NCBI GenBank assembly: GCA_963693365.1
Contig: CAVNZM010000001.1
Coordinates: 13,998,418-14,062,417 of the forward strand
DNA: 64,000 nucleotides
Reading direction: 5' to 3'
From: Amoebidium appalachense
Taxonomy: Eukaryota; Protista; Ichthyosporea
Shown here: in pieces, positions 33,187 to 53,464 of the stretch
How positions within the stretch are numbered: the first letter of the stretch is position 1
Layout of the letters: every line of letters starts with the position of its first letter
Program-made: the position numbers and the translations under genes
The notes under the pieces: generated by a model
What the model saw: only the letters and a program-made list of their open reading frames with translations
The model's database searches: none
What the model was told of the DNA's origin: nothing

Positions 33187-33463
33187 TTCATTGCCTCCTT
33201 CTCCACGTGCACCATGCATATGCATCCCGTGGACCAGTGCCTTTACAATTGGTTGAAATTGGGAGAGGCATAGAAGAAGAAAAAAAAAACAACAAAAGAC
33301 GAGGGCCGCTATCCCATCTCGTTTGCTCCGGCACGGTGGTGAATCCCGATCTAATTGGGTCATTAATCCTCCCCCCTCCCACCTCCCCCCCCCCCCCCCC
33401 CCCCCCCCCTCCCTCCGCCTCCCCTCCCCCCCCCCCCCCCTCTCCCCCTTCCCCCCCCCCCTC

Positions 33464-33505
<42 letters not shown>

Positions 33506-33544
33506 ATCAAAAAAGAAAAGGAAAACCACCACCACCACAACCGT

Positions 33545-33584
<40 letters not shown>

Positions 33585-34331
33585 CCCGCGGGCCCTCTCC
33601 CCTCTGCTCGCAGATTATGTGTGTTACGATGCAAAGACTTAGTGCAGTTACAAGATGTGCCAGTTACTCACTCTGCAGTATTATGTATGAACGTGACGGT
33701 GCCCATTGAGCTCAAAATATCAACACACTCCTAGATCAGGCTGTAGCATCTTTCATAGTAACATGTGTGCGGGTGTGCGTGCCCCGTCACACACCATGAA
33801 TGGAGGGTGTTGTGTGGGCGCGTACGTAAATACTACAGCCTGTGAGCCGATGGTGAATGCCATTGTGTGTGTGTGTGTATGTGTGTGTGTGTGTGTGGGG
33901 GGGGGGGGGGGGAGATGGGTACGCAGGGGGGGGGGGGGGGGGGGGGGAGGGGGTTGGGCGTGTGGGCGCAGTCCCTGCAAAACAGTGGCCATCGGTTGAT
34001 TAGTAGCCATGAGAGGGATAGACACACTCCCGTTAATTCGGGATCCACGGGCCAAGTATCATGAAATATGTCCGAGGAATTTTGACCCCGTCAACGGGGC
34101 TCATTGTTGAACTCAACCATGACCTTACAAGCACTTATGATTTTCCTTGAATATCTGGGATAATCATGAACATGCAATTATGTAATATATTCAATTACCA
34201 TCAATAGTGCTGTACACATGATATTAATATAACAGTTGAATACGATGTCAGAATGGGCAATACCATCATAGATTTAGCAGTTTCAAAACAAAGATGCACG
34301 TATACATACCTGCGGGCTAATGATATGAAAA

Positions 34332-34398
<67 letters not shown>

Positions 34399-34855
34399 GT
34401 GTGTGTATTTTGGGAGGGGGAAGAGGGGGGGGGCGGGGAGGGAGGGATTTCTTGGAAAACACAAATAAAACCGGGTGTGCGTATGTACAATCACCTTGTC
34501 TAACTTGCATGTGTAAATAGGCTGCGGATGTGTATGGGGTACGGTACAACGTGTGTGTGTGCGCGCGCATGTGTATCTGCAGTGTGTTGGTGTGTGTGTG
34601 TGCATGTGCCACCGTGTGTATCCAGTGTGTGTGATTCGTCCGAGACCGGCTGTGTCTTGCAGTTAGACACAAATAACCCTAGTGTTCATTATGACCCGTA
34701 GTTAAACCCGGATAATTCCTGACCCTTGTATATCCCCTTTGCCCCCCTCCCTCTCCCCCTCCTCCCCTTTAAACACACACACATACACACAACACAAAAA
34801 ATTAAGGATTAGCTCGTTTAATTACTTAAGGAGCACGCCTTTACAGCGTCACAAC

Positions 34856-36397
34856 TCACACCGACCACGCATGCGTGTACATGTTATGGCAACATATCTC
34901 GGACTCCAATTCTACCACCGTCACCCCCATCTCCCTCAACCGAACCACTTTCCTTTTTTGGAACTCACCGCTACAACACAACACAACATGTGACAACCGC
35001 GGGCACTCCCCCATCACCTCCACGTTCACCATCTTTGGGCATTCATGAAGGGAAACCTCATGCAGGTTTCCACACTCTTTCAATGTGCCAACATCGCGCA
35101 GATTCCTTCCTCCCCGCAAGAAAACCCTTGCTAGATTGACACATTGCTTAAGGGGGTCGAGATTAGTGCAGCCATTCACATCGCCCAGTAGCAAAGTCGT
35201 AAGACGCTTGCATGTTCCGACGGCCAAAATACTCGATATGGCTGGCGTGTAGACGCTTAAGTGCCGGATGCTTTCGCACCCACGAAACGGATTCAAAATT
35301 CTCTGCAGGCTTTCCATTCTGCCATGTTGCTTGTACGGTCAAGCTCGTCAATCCTTGACACACCGGAATCTTTGCCAGATCTCCTTGGTAACTATGGATT
35401 TTGAGCGAGCGAAGATGCTGAGATAACCCTTCGATGGGTAGGACATCGTCCGTGTTTGCGTAATGTAGAGACAGATGTGTAAGATGCCAGAGGGAGTAGT
35501 CTTTGAGATTTCCACCCCGGTAGGAAAGGGAGGAGAGACGCCTGAGAGGCGCCAAGGAGGCAAGGGAAACTTGGCGAAAACTGACTTGCTTCCAACGTTG
35601 TGCACAATTGTACGTCCATGTTCAATGGCATGTCTGTGTCGAGGGAAAGACTTCGCAACTGCAAATTACAGAAGCAGTCCATGCCGCTAAACGAGGGCTC
35701 AGCATTCACAAGGGACTCAGCACAAAGCTTTGTCAAGTGCACGCATGATTCCAGCGGAGTCAAGTCAACATGACCTTCGGCACCAACGATGGTCATGCTT
35801 TTCAAGCGTGATGAAGTATGTCGGACAGCTACTACCACTGTTTGGTTGATGTGCCCAGGATGTGCTTTTCGGAAATCGGTAGTTAGGCACCTTAGGTTGG
35901 TGCACCTGGAAAGCAACTGCGAAAAGCATTCAGACCAGTCAAGTGTACCCAATCCGCGTTGGGAAAGCGGCTGTAATAGGCCCAAGTCAATCGTGAGGTC
36001 AGTAATGCAGTCTGCCCACACACCCACACCGTAAATTGTCTTGTTCAGAGCCCCGGTGTTTTCTTCGCCGGGCTGCAAACCCACTATAATGCTCGAAAAA
36101 TTTGCATCCCATTTTCTATTGCGGACAAATGATTTCCAAGTACTGTTTACGAGTGTGCAGGAGCCCAGACTTCTAACGTCTAGACGGGAGAAAATGCGCT
36201 CTACCATGTCTTCGTTGAGTGGGAAAAGAGGGATCCAATCACTGCACTCTTGAGGTAGGGGTGTGTCAACTGTAACAGTGTGCCCCGGCCACCATCTTTT
36301 GAGTTTTGCGTTAGAAAAACACCCGGCAAACGGCAAGGAATCTCAAAGAAATACACAGTGTTATAAAGAAACCGGGGTGGGTCTGTCTTGGAAACAT
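34856..36397 (-). CDS. F-box plus leucine-rich-repeat protein (~510 aa), intronless, with apparent frameshifts (sequencing error or pseudogene)
   Basis: The F-box-like segment reads LFPLNEDMVERIFSRLDVRSLGSCTLVNSTWKSFV. LRRs include CTNLRCLT, DLTPLESCVHLTKL, NLDPLKQCVNLARVFL and DVGTLKECGNLHEVSLHEC. Frames join by removing one base at ~36317, ~35586 and ~35296. Confidence 0.75.
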
Positions 36398-36509
36398 CCA
36401 TGTTTGTCTGCATCTGTTTTGGAGATGTATATACATCTTCGATGCATCTCGTCAAGTTTGTTTGCATTTGAAGGCCTGATGTTGGTCTGACAGCATTTCT
36501 ATGAAGCCC

Positions 36510-36547
36510 AAATACGCACGCTCGTAAAGAAAATACGCACGCTCGTA

Positions 36548-36551
<4 letters not shown>
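36510..36551. repeat. 21-bp tandem duplication
   Basis: AAATACGCACGCTCGTAAAGA x2, adjacent to a poly-A tract. Confidence 0.9.
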
Positions 36552-36596
<45 letters not shown>

Positions 36597-37500
36597 AAAG
36601 AAAAAAAAAGGAGCTCCTGAGCCTGCGACACCAGCTGCAGATGCCAGAGTTTTTGAATGGCCCGCGCGGATTCGAAATCAGAAATGTTGTGTAACAATGA
36701 AGGGGGGCCAGCGCACTGAATTAGCAAAAAGCCCCCTCAGATTGAGATTTCCAGAACTTCGACCAGAGTGATTGTAGACGGCTCACGTCTTCACACGTAC
36801 CATTTCACCCTAGATCACTAATACTTCGTAGATGATTTGAAACATGACTCTGACTAAATAGCTTTGTATGGCTTGGGAGGGGAATAAACTGTTTTAAGAC
36901 TCCATAGAGGCATATAAATATTAAGATTGTAATTATAGGGCATTTTTAAAAAATGTTTAAATAAAATAGAACTGTGTTTATAGGTTTGAAATTCTTCAAT
37001 TCATATAATGTTGATTCCGTCGAATAAATCAGTCAAAAAAAAATTGCAGGGGACGGGCCCGTGGGGATTGTTTTCTCGCTCGGATTTGGTCTGCATTGCT
37101 CTTTAAAGGGTTGACTTGCTTGCTGTGCCCCGGTAGGTTTTGAGGGGGGGCTGTTGGGGGGCAGCAGTAATGATGTCTTCTTGCGGAGTGTGGCCTGGTC
37201 ATCATCGCTGCGTATGACTAGTTGGAACTAACTAGTTTCACGGATACACGTGCACTTGTACCTTTGCCCGCTGGTGTCCTTTGGTCACATGTTGTTTTAT
37301 TTTTATTTCATCGCTGTGGCTCTTTCGAAGTCGGTTATTTTGGTGGTCATGTAGCCTGTGGCTGCACGTTGCCTTCATATCCACTGGACCACTGATCAAT
37401 AAATCCCAGTCAAGAGAAAAATTTGCAGTCCAAGGGCTCCAAGAAGTCGGGTGTAGGAGGTCTCCATAGCCTGCGATGGCGTTAGATAACGAAAGCAAGG

Positions 37501-37585
37501 GCCAATCAAAACGCCCAAGCTCATGATTGGCTGAAATCGCCAAACAACCGCCAACTTTAGGCCAATATAAATTTGAATATTGGAG
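37501..37585. promoter_or_regulatory. CCAAT-box cluster
   Basis: GCCAATCA, TGATTGGC, GCCAATAT and ATATTGG occur within 85 bp, about 1.1 kb upstream of the F-box ORF. Confidence 0.3.
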
Positions 37586-39300
37586 CAGATGAAAATGTTG
37601 TCACACACTCCTTAGCACAAAACCCTTTCTACTTCTAACCTTCCTGTTAGAAAATTGTAGCAGGGGAGCGAAACGAAAACTAGACTTCTTTTTCTATTTG
37701 TGGTGGTTGTAGGGTATATACATACGCACCCGGCACATTTCGACAAAGTTCAGGATCGACACTTCCTTCGTTATAAGCTCTGCCTCAAAATTTCCGTCAT
37801 GTCGATCCTCTCAGCCAGGATTATCAACATGACTCGCACACGTCTACCACACATGATGATAACAGGCACAGCTCTGTCTAGTCTGGTTTTTTCGGGGAGC
37901 AGCACTGCACTTAGCCAAGGCAGCATGGAATTCGAAGGGGTAAGCACACACGTCTCCGGCAGAGCCCATAACGGTGCATCTGACACGCGCGTAAACTTCG
38001 CCATCTTGGACAGCAGCTTCGGATCTTTAGACCTCAGCAACACAGCGAGACTCGTAAGCTCAGCTTGGACCATGGCAAGCCAATACTACGAAAGATACCA
38101 CATTGCCGGAGCACCCACTTTGGTGATTTGAGTGTTTATGACTGACAACGCCTCGTGTTTAATTGTTGGCGGACGTCCTCAACACAATTCGATGCAAAAC
38201 TGCTTTTTGCTAAGGTGCGATCATCACTTGAGGCTTCAAGTGGCTGTTATCTTTTTCTGCGCGCTCTGACTACAAATAAGCTTGTGGCTAATTGTGTGTA
38301 GCCTGTGACCCGGCACCAACGGGTACATGTTAGTGTTAGTAGTTTTATGGTTATATTAGGTAACATAGTGGTTGCAGTAAGAATGTCCTTAATGCGGCAG
38401 AGGTGATCCGGATCGATAGCTGCAGGTTTTCTTTTCAGTTCACGAGCCAGGTAATAGTGTCTAGCTTAGGGCAAGGTAGCATTTCCATTCACTTATACGC
38501 GAGTTGCCACCACTGATACGCGAGTTAGCAGTTACACCAAAGTAATCGAACTAAGTAGTGTGCATAAATGATAGGGGGAGAGTTAGTTCATTCGATCGAA
38601 TGTGGTAACAACAATCCATAAGCTCAGGTAAACGCTCTTCGTCCACGAATGCTCCATAAACAGACGTCATAGTAAAAATAAACTAACGGGACCTATGGTG
38701 CTTCAAGCCCAAACAGCGCTGGCTATCCTGAGCATACAAGCAAGTCCCATCCCCTATATGAACCGGCACGAACAAACCGGATCCTCGTGGCAAGCAAACT
38801 GAAACGTAGATCCAGTTCGTTCACACTTGTATCACAGAGAGCCATCAACCTAGAAGTAACTATCTCTCTCCAAGCATCCTTCCTCAGGTTTTTTCTGCAA
38901 GCAGATGTTGCTCATTTCAAACTTTGAAATCATCAATATCATTCATACATCCATGTTTGTAGGATCCCAGTCCAAGCCGTTTTGGTAGAAACTACAGCGT
39001 GGATCCGAAAACCGTAAGTTTACATGGCCTATGCTCAAAAAAGTGCATGGCAAGGCCCAAAAACCCAGTCGCACGGCAGAGTTAGGAACAGGACACCATC
39101 TTACACTTTCAGAAGGTGGCCATGGTCATGGTTACCAACTCACAATCATTCGATACATCTGCCTAGACTGTCAGACTCATCATCTCATTTACCGCCACTG
39201 CTGGCGACCTGCACACACACTAACACAAAAACGCCGCCCACAAACCCCCCCAAAACGAGAAAGACAGCATACATGTGTATCCACACAATACACGTACCAT

Positions 39301-47439
<8,139 letters not shown>

Positions 47440-47625
47440 GTTTGGTCTTTGGGCCAAGAAGCAGTCGATGAAGACTTTTATTCACTCTATTATTTTCTGA
47501 GTTAGTAAGCGTTGTTGTTGACCCGCAATCCATGCAAATATACACAGAGAAAGCAAACGAATAACTCAGGCCACTGATGAGAGCTTCAACTGATATCGTA
47601 TGGGCGAGCCCGCCAAAACGGAACG

Positions 47626-47745
47626 ATTATGTAACAGCTGGTCCGGGGGGTGACTTGAAATTATGTAACAGGGCCTGTCCGAAAACACCTGCTGGCGCGA
47701 AGTCATCGGAGTCAGGTCTTTCCTGCTCCATGTTATCTGTAACAT
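47626..47745. promoter_or_regulatory. Candidate bidirectional promoter elements between WBP4 and ENY2
   Basis: ATTATGTAACAG occurs at 47626 and 47660, and the palindrome ATGTTA-TCTG-TAACAT at 47730. TTAYGTAA is a PAR-bZIP-type site. Confidence 0.4.
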
Positions 47746-48635
47746 TACCTGGACCTGCTGTGCTTTTCCAGGTAATAAAAAGAAAAAATAATAAGCCTTA
47801 AGTGGATGATTTCAAAAAATAAAACCAGCTAATACAACAGTTAAGCGAGGAATCAGTTTGGCTTGTCTTGGTGATTTTTCATGTCGCCTATCATTGAGAT
47901 TTCGGTCAACAAATCATTATTTCATTGTAGAACCCCCTTGGTTCGAAGGCCAGAATTTCGGCAGACAGAAGTGACCCTAATTTATTACTACTTCTTGCAT
48001 ATGGCTTATGTTTCTTGTTTTCAATAATCTAAGGGTTGCTGCTTGCAGAACGATGCAGATAATACGCTATAGTTTCTTCATGCCGTTTGTCTAACACACA
48101 AACAGACACTCGCCGCTTAAGAGTAAACATCCAAGCCGTTTGCTTTCTGGGTGGGCAACCTTGATGTGCACACCAGTGATCCGAAGTAACACCAGACAAC
48201 TTCCAACAGTAATTCTTTTTGGTAAGCTTACAAATTCCCATTTACCTTCCCCCCTTGCGCCCTTTTTTTTGAACTCGCATTACTCTTGTGCAGCACAAGC
48301 ATGCTTCATGCCGTTTCTTCTCATGTTCTTTGTGCCCGTTCTTGCTTGACCAGCGCTCTACTGGTTGCTTCACTTGGTAGTCTTTCCCATAACTCCCTGA
48401 TATAATTCTTACATCTCCTGCTCCTGCGTCTTATTCTGTTCATCTTCTGAACATCTTCTCTCCCCCCCCCCCCCCACCCCCCCCCCTCTCCCGTCCCTCC
48501 CTCCCTCCCTCCCTCCCTCCCTCCCTCTCCCCTCCCCCCCCCCCCCCCCCTTCCTCTCTTTCTCTCTCTATCTTAAAGTTTCTCGCTGTCTCTCGTCTCT
48601 CCCTCCCCCCTCCTCCCCCCCCTCTCTTTCTTCCC

Positions 48636-48951
48636 CTATATTTTTCTAGTTTCTGCTTACTGCTGCAACTTTAACCCCCGGCCTTTCCCACTGCCCTTGC
48701 CTGCATAAGCAACCCTGCTCGTCTCTGATCAAGACGGGTGGCCTACCCATGTTCAAGTGAAACAGTATCTGAGTTGGGTTGTTGGGTTTCGTCAACGAGG
48801 TGAATAGGTCGAAACTCGGGTACTGTGGCTGACGTGGGCCCCCCCTGAGGCTGGGCTCTGCTTGTTATGCATAATCTTTATGTATGGCTTGCATTCTGCA
48901 TCGTGTTATCCGTTTGTTCTTGTGTACTTCGTACTTTATGACACATTCAAA
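48636..48951 (+). mobile_element. Poly-C-flanked dispersed repeat, copy C
   Basis: Near-identical to copies A and B, with a small internal duplication (GTTGGGTT). It ends TTCAAA followed by a C-run. Confidence 0.9.
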
Positions 48952-48986
48952 CCCCCTCCCCCCCCCCTTTCTTCCTACCTCCCCTT

Positions 48987-49023
<37 letters not shown>

Positions 49024-49782
49024 CCCCCCTCCCCCTGGTTCTCTTTCCTGCCCCCGCTCCCTCTCTTGGCCATTCTTCTTTCTTCCCAACCCCCCCCCCC
49101 CACCCCCCCTCCCCCCGGACTTTCCCCTGATCTCCCCCTCTTCCCTCTCTCTCTTTTGGCTGTTCCTGTGTTTGGCCTTGTAGACAGGGTTGTTTTAGCC
49201 TGGGCCAGGCGCCCCCCTCCCACCCCCCAACCCCCTCCCCCTACCTCTCTCCTCCCCACCTCTTCCGCCCAGAATTACATATCCCCCCTCCCTCGTACCA
49301 CACCTACTCCACCCCACCCCCATCCCCCACAAAAAAGAAATAAATTAGTCAACCACCCCTGTTTCGCCTTTCTCTCTCCTCGACGGTAAAGCTTTACTTA
49401 TCAGCTCTGTCTCTCTGTCTCTCTGCTTTACTCTTTTATGTTTTGAGGTTGCTCATAATATCATATCTAAAGTGTGTCTGCGCTTATCTGGTCACAAGCA
49501 AGCAATGGATACGAGCAGTGTGGGTCGTTTTGTCCTAATTTGAAGCGTACATGCTTTCCACTGCGCTGCGAGGAGTTTGTTCCTCTCTGTGTGGACCTGG
49601 ATGGTATTGGGGCGCCCTCCACCCTTCTTTCCACCCACTACGCCTTTTTGCCTCTGTTTCTCGTTCGTGTTTCTGTCAATGTTGCTATGCTACCTTTTGA
49701 ACAGAACGGTTGCTAACCGACACACCTTACTGTCTGTGCAGGTGTACACGCAACCATATCACATCATCGTTAAAGAAACACG

Positions 49783-50085
49783 ATGGATCCAGTACGTGAA
49801 GCCGCCATCCGCACCAAGATACTCGAGCAGCTCACGCAGAGCGGACAGAAGGACAAGTTAAAGGAGCACCTTAGGTCACGCCTGGCTGAGTGCGGGTGGA
49901 GGGATGACGTCACCAACAAGTGCAGAGACCTATATTTGGACAAGGTTAAAGAAAAGGGTAGCGTGGACAAGGTGAGCATGGAGGATGTGGTGGGCAATTT
50001 GACCAAATATGGAAGGTCACGGATTCCAGACGACGTCAAGAGGGCGCTGCTTGACGAGATCAAGGAGACGCTTGCGAAAATGTAG
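49783..50085 (+). CDS. ENY2: Transcription and mRNA export factor ENY2/Sus1 (100 aa), intronless CDS
   Basis: AAIRTKILEQLTQSGQKDKLKEHLRSRLAECGWRDDV..CR...VKEKG.....EDVV..LT..GR..IPDDVKRALL..IK matches the ENY2 pattern and size. An acceptor-like TGTGCAG at 49741 suggests a 5'UTR intron. Confidence 0.92.
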   Translation: MDPVREAAIRTKILEQLTQSGQKDKLKEHLRSRLAECGWRDDVTNKCRDLYLDKVKEKGSVDKVSMEDVVGNLTKYGRSRIPDDVKRALLDEIKETLAKM

Positions 50086-51031
50086 GAGAAAGTATACGCT
50101 TTAGTGAATCCCATTGTCTTATGTGCACTTCATTTTATTGATATTCTTTGTTGTTGCGCGGAGAGGTTTTTTATTTGTGGGCCCCCCGGGGGGGGGAGGA
50201 AGGCGGGGACGGGATGGAGTTTATCTGTGTGTGTTTTTGGAGAGGGGGGAGGGGGTGGGTGGGTGGGTTCGTGGGGGGGGGGGGGGGGGTTTCTCATTGA
50301 TGGGGTTTTGAAATCCCATGCTCGTAGGCTTCGGATATGAAAGGTAAGAAAGAGATATAATACACTCAGGATTAGGTGACCGACTCAAGCCGATTAGTGC
50401 AACCAGCCGAGTCTCTTACTATGCTGATAGCCTGTACATGCACACCACACTTGGACACAAGCACAGAACACGCAGCAGGTGTGCACCATCATACAACACC
50501 TCTCGTGCATACACTGCAAGATGTCAGTACAATTTTAGCGCTTGGCTAAGACAAGCTACCGCTTACTGTTATTGGCTTATCACGTGCATCTGGCAAGAAA
50601 GCTTAAGGTCGACATGAAAAAATGAGAGAAATGTTCCTGAAAGGTTGAACCAAACAGATCTTAGCAGATGACAGAAGAGCTCCATACTCAAAAATGATTG
50701 CCGAATCCCCTCCCTGCCCCCCCCTCCCTCCCCCCTTCCCCCCCTCCCCCCCCCCCCCCCCCACAAAAAAAAAAACACCACCACCACCACTACCACTACC
50801 ACCACCCCACCCATCCACTTAACCGCCCCCTGCCACCACCGCCGCGACCCACTCACCTAATAAGCACACCATCACACACGCGCGCGCGTGCGCGCTGGGA
50901 GCTCAAACAAACTTGAGGGAAGGAGTGTTCAGGCCAACAGCATTGCTGGCTAAAGTTTATGCAAATATGCCAATGACCCCGTAAGACCCACCCGACCCAC
51001 CCACCTCAATGAGCGCGCACGCACACATACG

Positions 51032-51077
<46 letters not shown>

Positions 51078-51513
51078 AACACACAGAGAGACCCACACGT
51101 GTACACACATACACCGTGACACACACACACACACGTGCACACACACAGACACACAACTGAGCTCAAAACACGTGTGGGAACAAGTGTTCATTTAAGATCA
51201 TTCAGGCAAATTTCTTCTCGGCGGGCTAAGACTCGAGCGAGCTAATTTGTGTTCACTTTTGTGATTACGCGGTCGATTTTACGCAAAATGTGTTTTGGCG
51301 CGAAACCACGGCACAGCTTGAAAGGAGTCAAACACGCGTGACGCGTCCATCAAACAGTCAACTGACTACATTTCTAGACAGCGCCTTGTAGACCTCTGTA
51401 TATGTACGTACGAGGGCTCTTGGTTATAGGAGCAAAGAGCCACCACTTACAGTCCTCACGTCAACACCGGGTAGCTCACATGGCTAGTTAGCGAAAGAGA
51501 GAAAATGTAAAGC

Positions 51514-53233
51514 ATTGGGGTCCTCAGGAGTGTGAAGCTTACGAATACAACACTCACTGCTCAAGGAAGCGGGAGCAAGATTTATCGTTGCAATTTGCTG
51601 GATTCTGAAGGCCGACCTCGTGATAGTGTTATCAAGCGCATGCATGCAGATCACATTCGCATATTTACCCAGTCTGACAGGCTCTTGAACGATCTGAGTC
51701 GAGTATTTTGTGATTCAAAAAATTGCAGAACATGCCAACATCCTTCACCCCGTGGAGCTGGTCTACTGTGAAGATCCCGAGCCAGGCTTGTTGAAAGTTG
51801 TATGCATTGATTTTTCGGCCTTTTATGTGCATTATTCATCCTGTAGACAATGCTGCAGTCGTTGTTGTAAAGGTTTAGCCTGTGCTGGCAAAACATTTTA
51901 AATCTTGAAACGCTTGGGCTCTTCTGGTTTCGGAACTTGTGAATTAAACCAGCAAGGCTACTGAGTGTTAAGGTAGAACTGCAGGAATGTTGCTGCTTCT
52001 TTTATTCCGTGCTGCCAGCACACACACTGTTTTCGACTTTTGTGTGCATCTGAATGCATGACGGCACAGCGGTTTGTGCCAGAAACTCAAGTTTGTGATA
52101 GAGTGTTTGTGTTTGACTAGTTCCACAAGGTTTAAATGCCCGTCGATTATGAATAGTGAATTTTATCTTTTCTTAAAGGCCTTTCGCTCGGATGATACCA
52201 TAATTCTCTTGTTTATGTCTGATCTCCCATAGCCCCTTTTATTTATGTCATATTTGGTATATACCTCTCTGCTTATCTTTCTTGGTTCGCACCACTTCTC
52301 TCTGCGGCCTGCTTGGCTGCACCTTTCAGGGGCTAGTGAGCCCCTTCTTTGCAGGTGTTAATGTGAACGTCTACCTAAAGGCCTATTACCAGCACCTGCT
52401 GAGCGAGGGCAGGGACCCCGCCGCGTGCAGCCACGAGACCGAGAAACTGCTCTGGACCATCTTCCAGCAGGCGGCTGCAGCGCTCGTGCACATGCACTCG
52501 TGCAACATGGTCCACATGGACTGCGGACTCCGCAACTTCCTCGTAGCCGACACAAACGGGCCGGGCACCCCACTCGTCAAACTCATCGACTTTGGGTTGG
52601 CACACGTGGCGGGTAGCAATGGCGAGTGCGAAATGCAGTGCGGACCGGGAAGAGTGCATTTGATGAGTTCAGAAGAAGCTACGTCGTGTATATATCCCAG
52701 GAAAACAGAGGTTAACGGTCGGAAGTGTGACGCCTGGCGCTTCGCCTTGGGTCTCTATCAAACCATCTACCAGCATGCCACCCAATATACCGATAGTTCG
52801 GGCACAACACAGCTCTTTCCTCCTTCCGGCCATACGATTTGCGAACAGAAGGATTACAGGGGTTGCTACCCGGAGTATCCAGACGGGAAAGTGACCATGA
52901 CGAAAATCACATCGCAGTGCCCCAATTTGCAGCCACACGTGAAAATGCTGCTGGCGGGCCTCTTCGAGATCGACCCAGCCAAGCGCTTCACCATGAGCCA
53001 GGTGTTAGCCAACGTCACCTCCATTTTAGCATCCTTCAGCCCATCCACACACAACCTGCTTGGTGAAACACACGTAGCATTGCCACCTTCTGGACCGGCA
53101 AGGAGTGATGACGGGAAATCGCTCAGGTGCTTCCCCCCCCCCCCCCCCACACACACATACACACATACACATACACACACATACACACAACCTACACGCA
53201 CCCACACGCACACACACCCATGCACGCACGCAC

Positions 53234-53299
<66 letters not shown>

Positions 53300-53407
53300 T
53301 ACCCACACACACACACCGTGCACACACAACACACGCACATACACACACCCTCTACGCACCCACACGCACGCACACAAATATGCACAGACACACACACACA
53401 CACATAA

Positions 53408-53464
<57 letters not shown>

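Noticed and set aside
37700-39200. Overlapping 100-143-aa ORFs and coding-like decayed sequence
   Set aside because: Multiple stops in candidate frames and no convincing transposase or domain motif.
48770-48860. Hammerhead ribozyme in the repeat family (CGAAAC, GUA, CUGAGGA-like pieces)
   Set aside because: CUGANGA is not correctly placed relative to GAAA, the stems do not close, and copy A lacks the motif.
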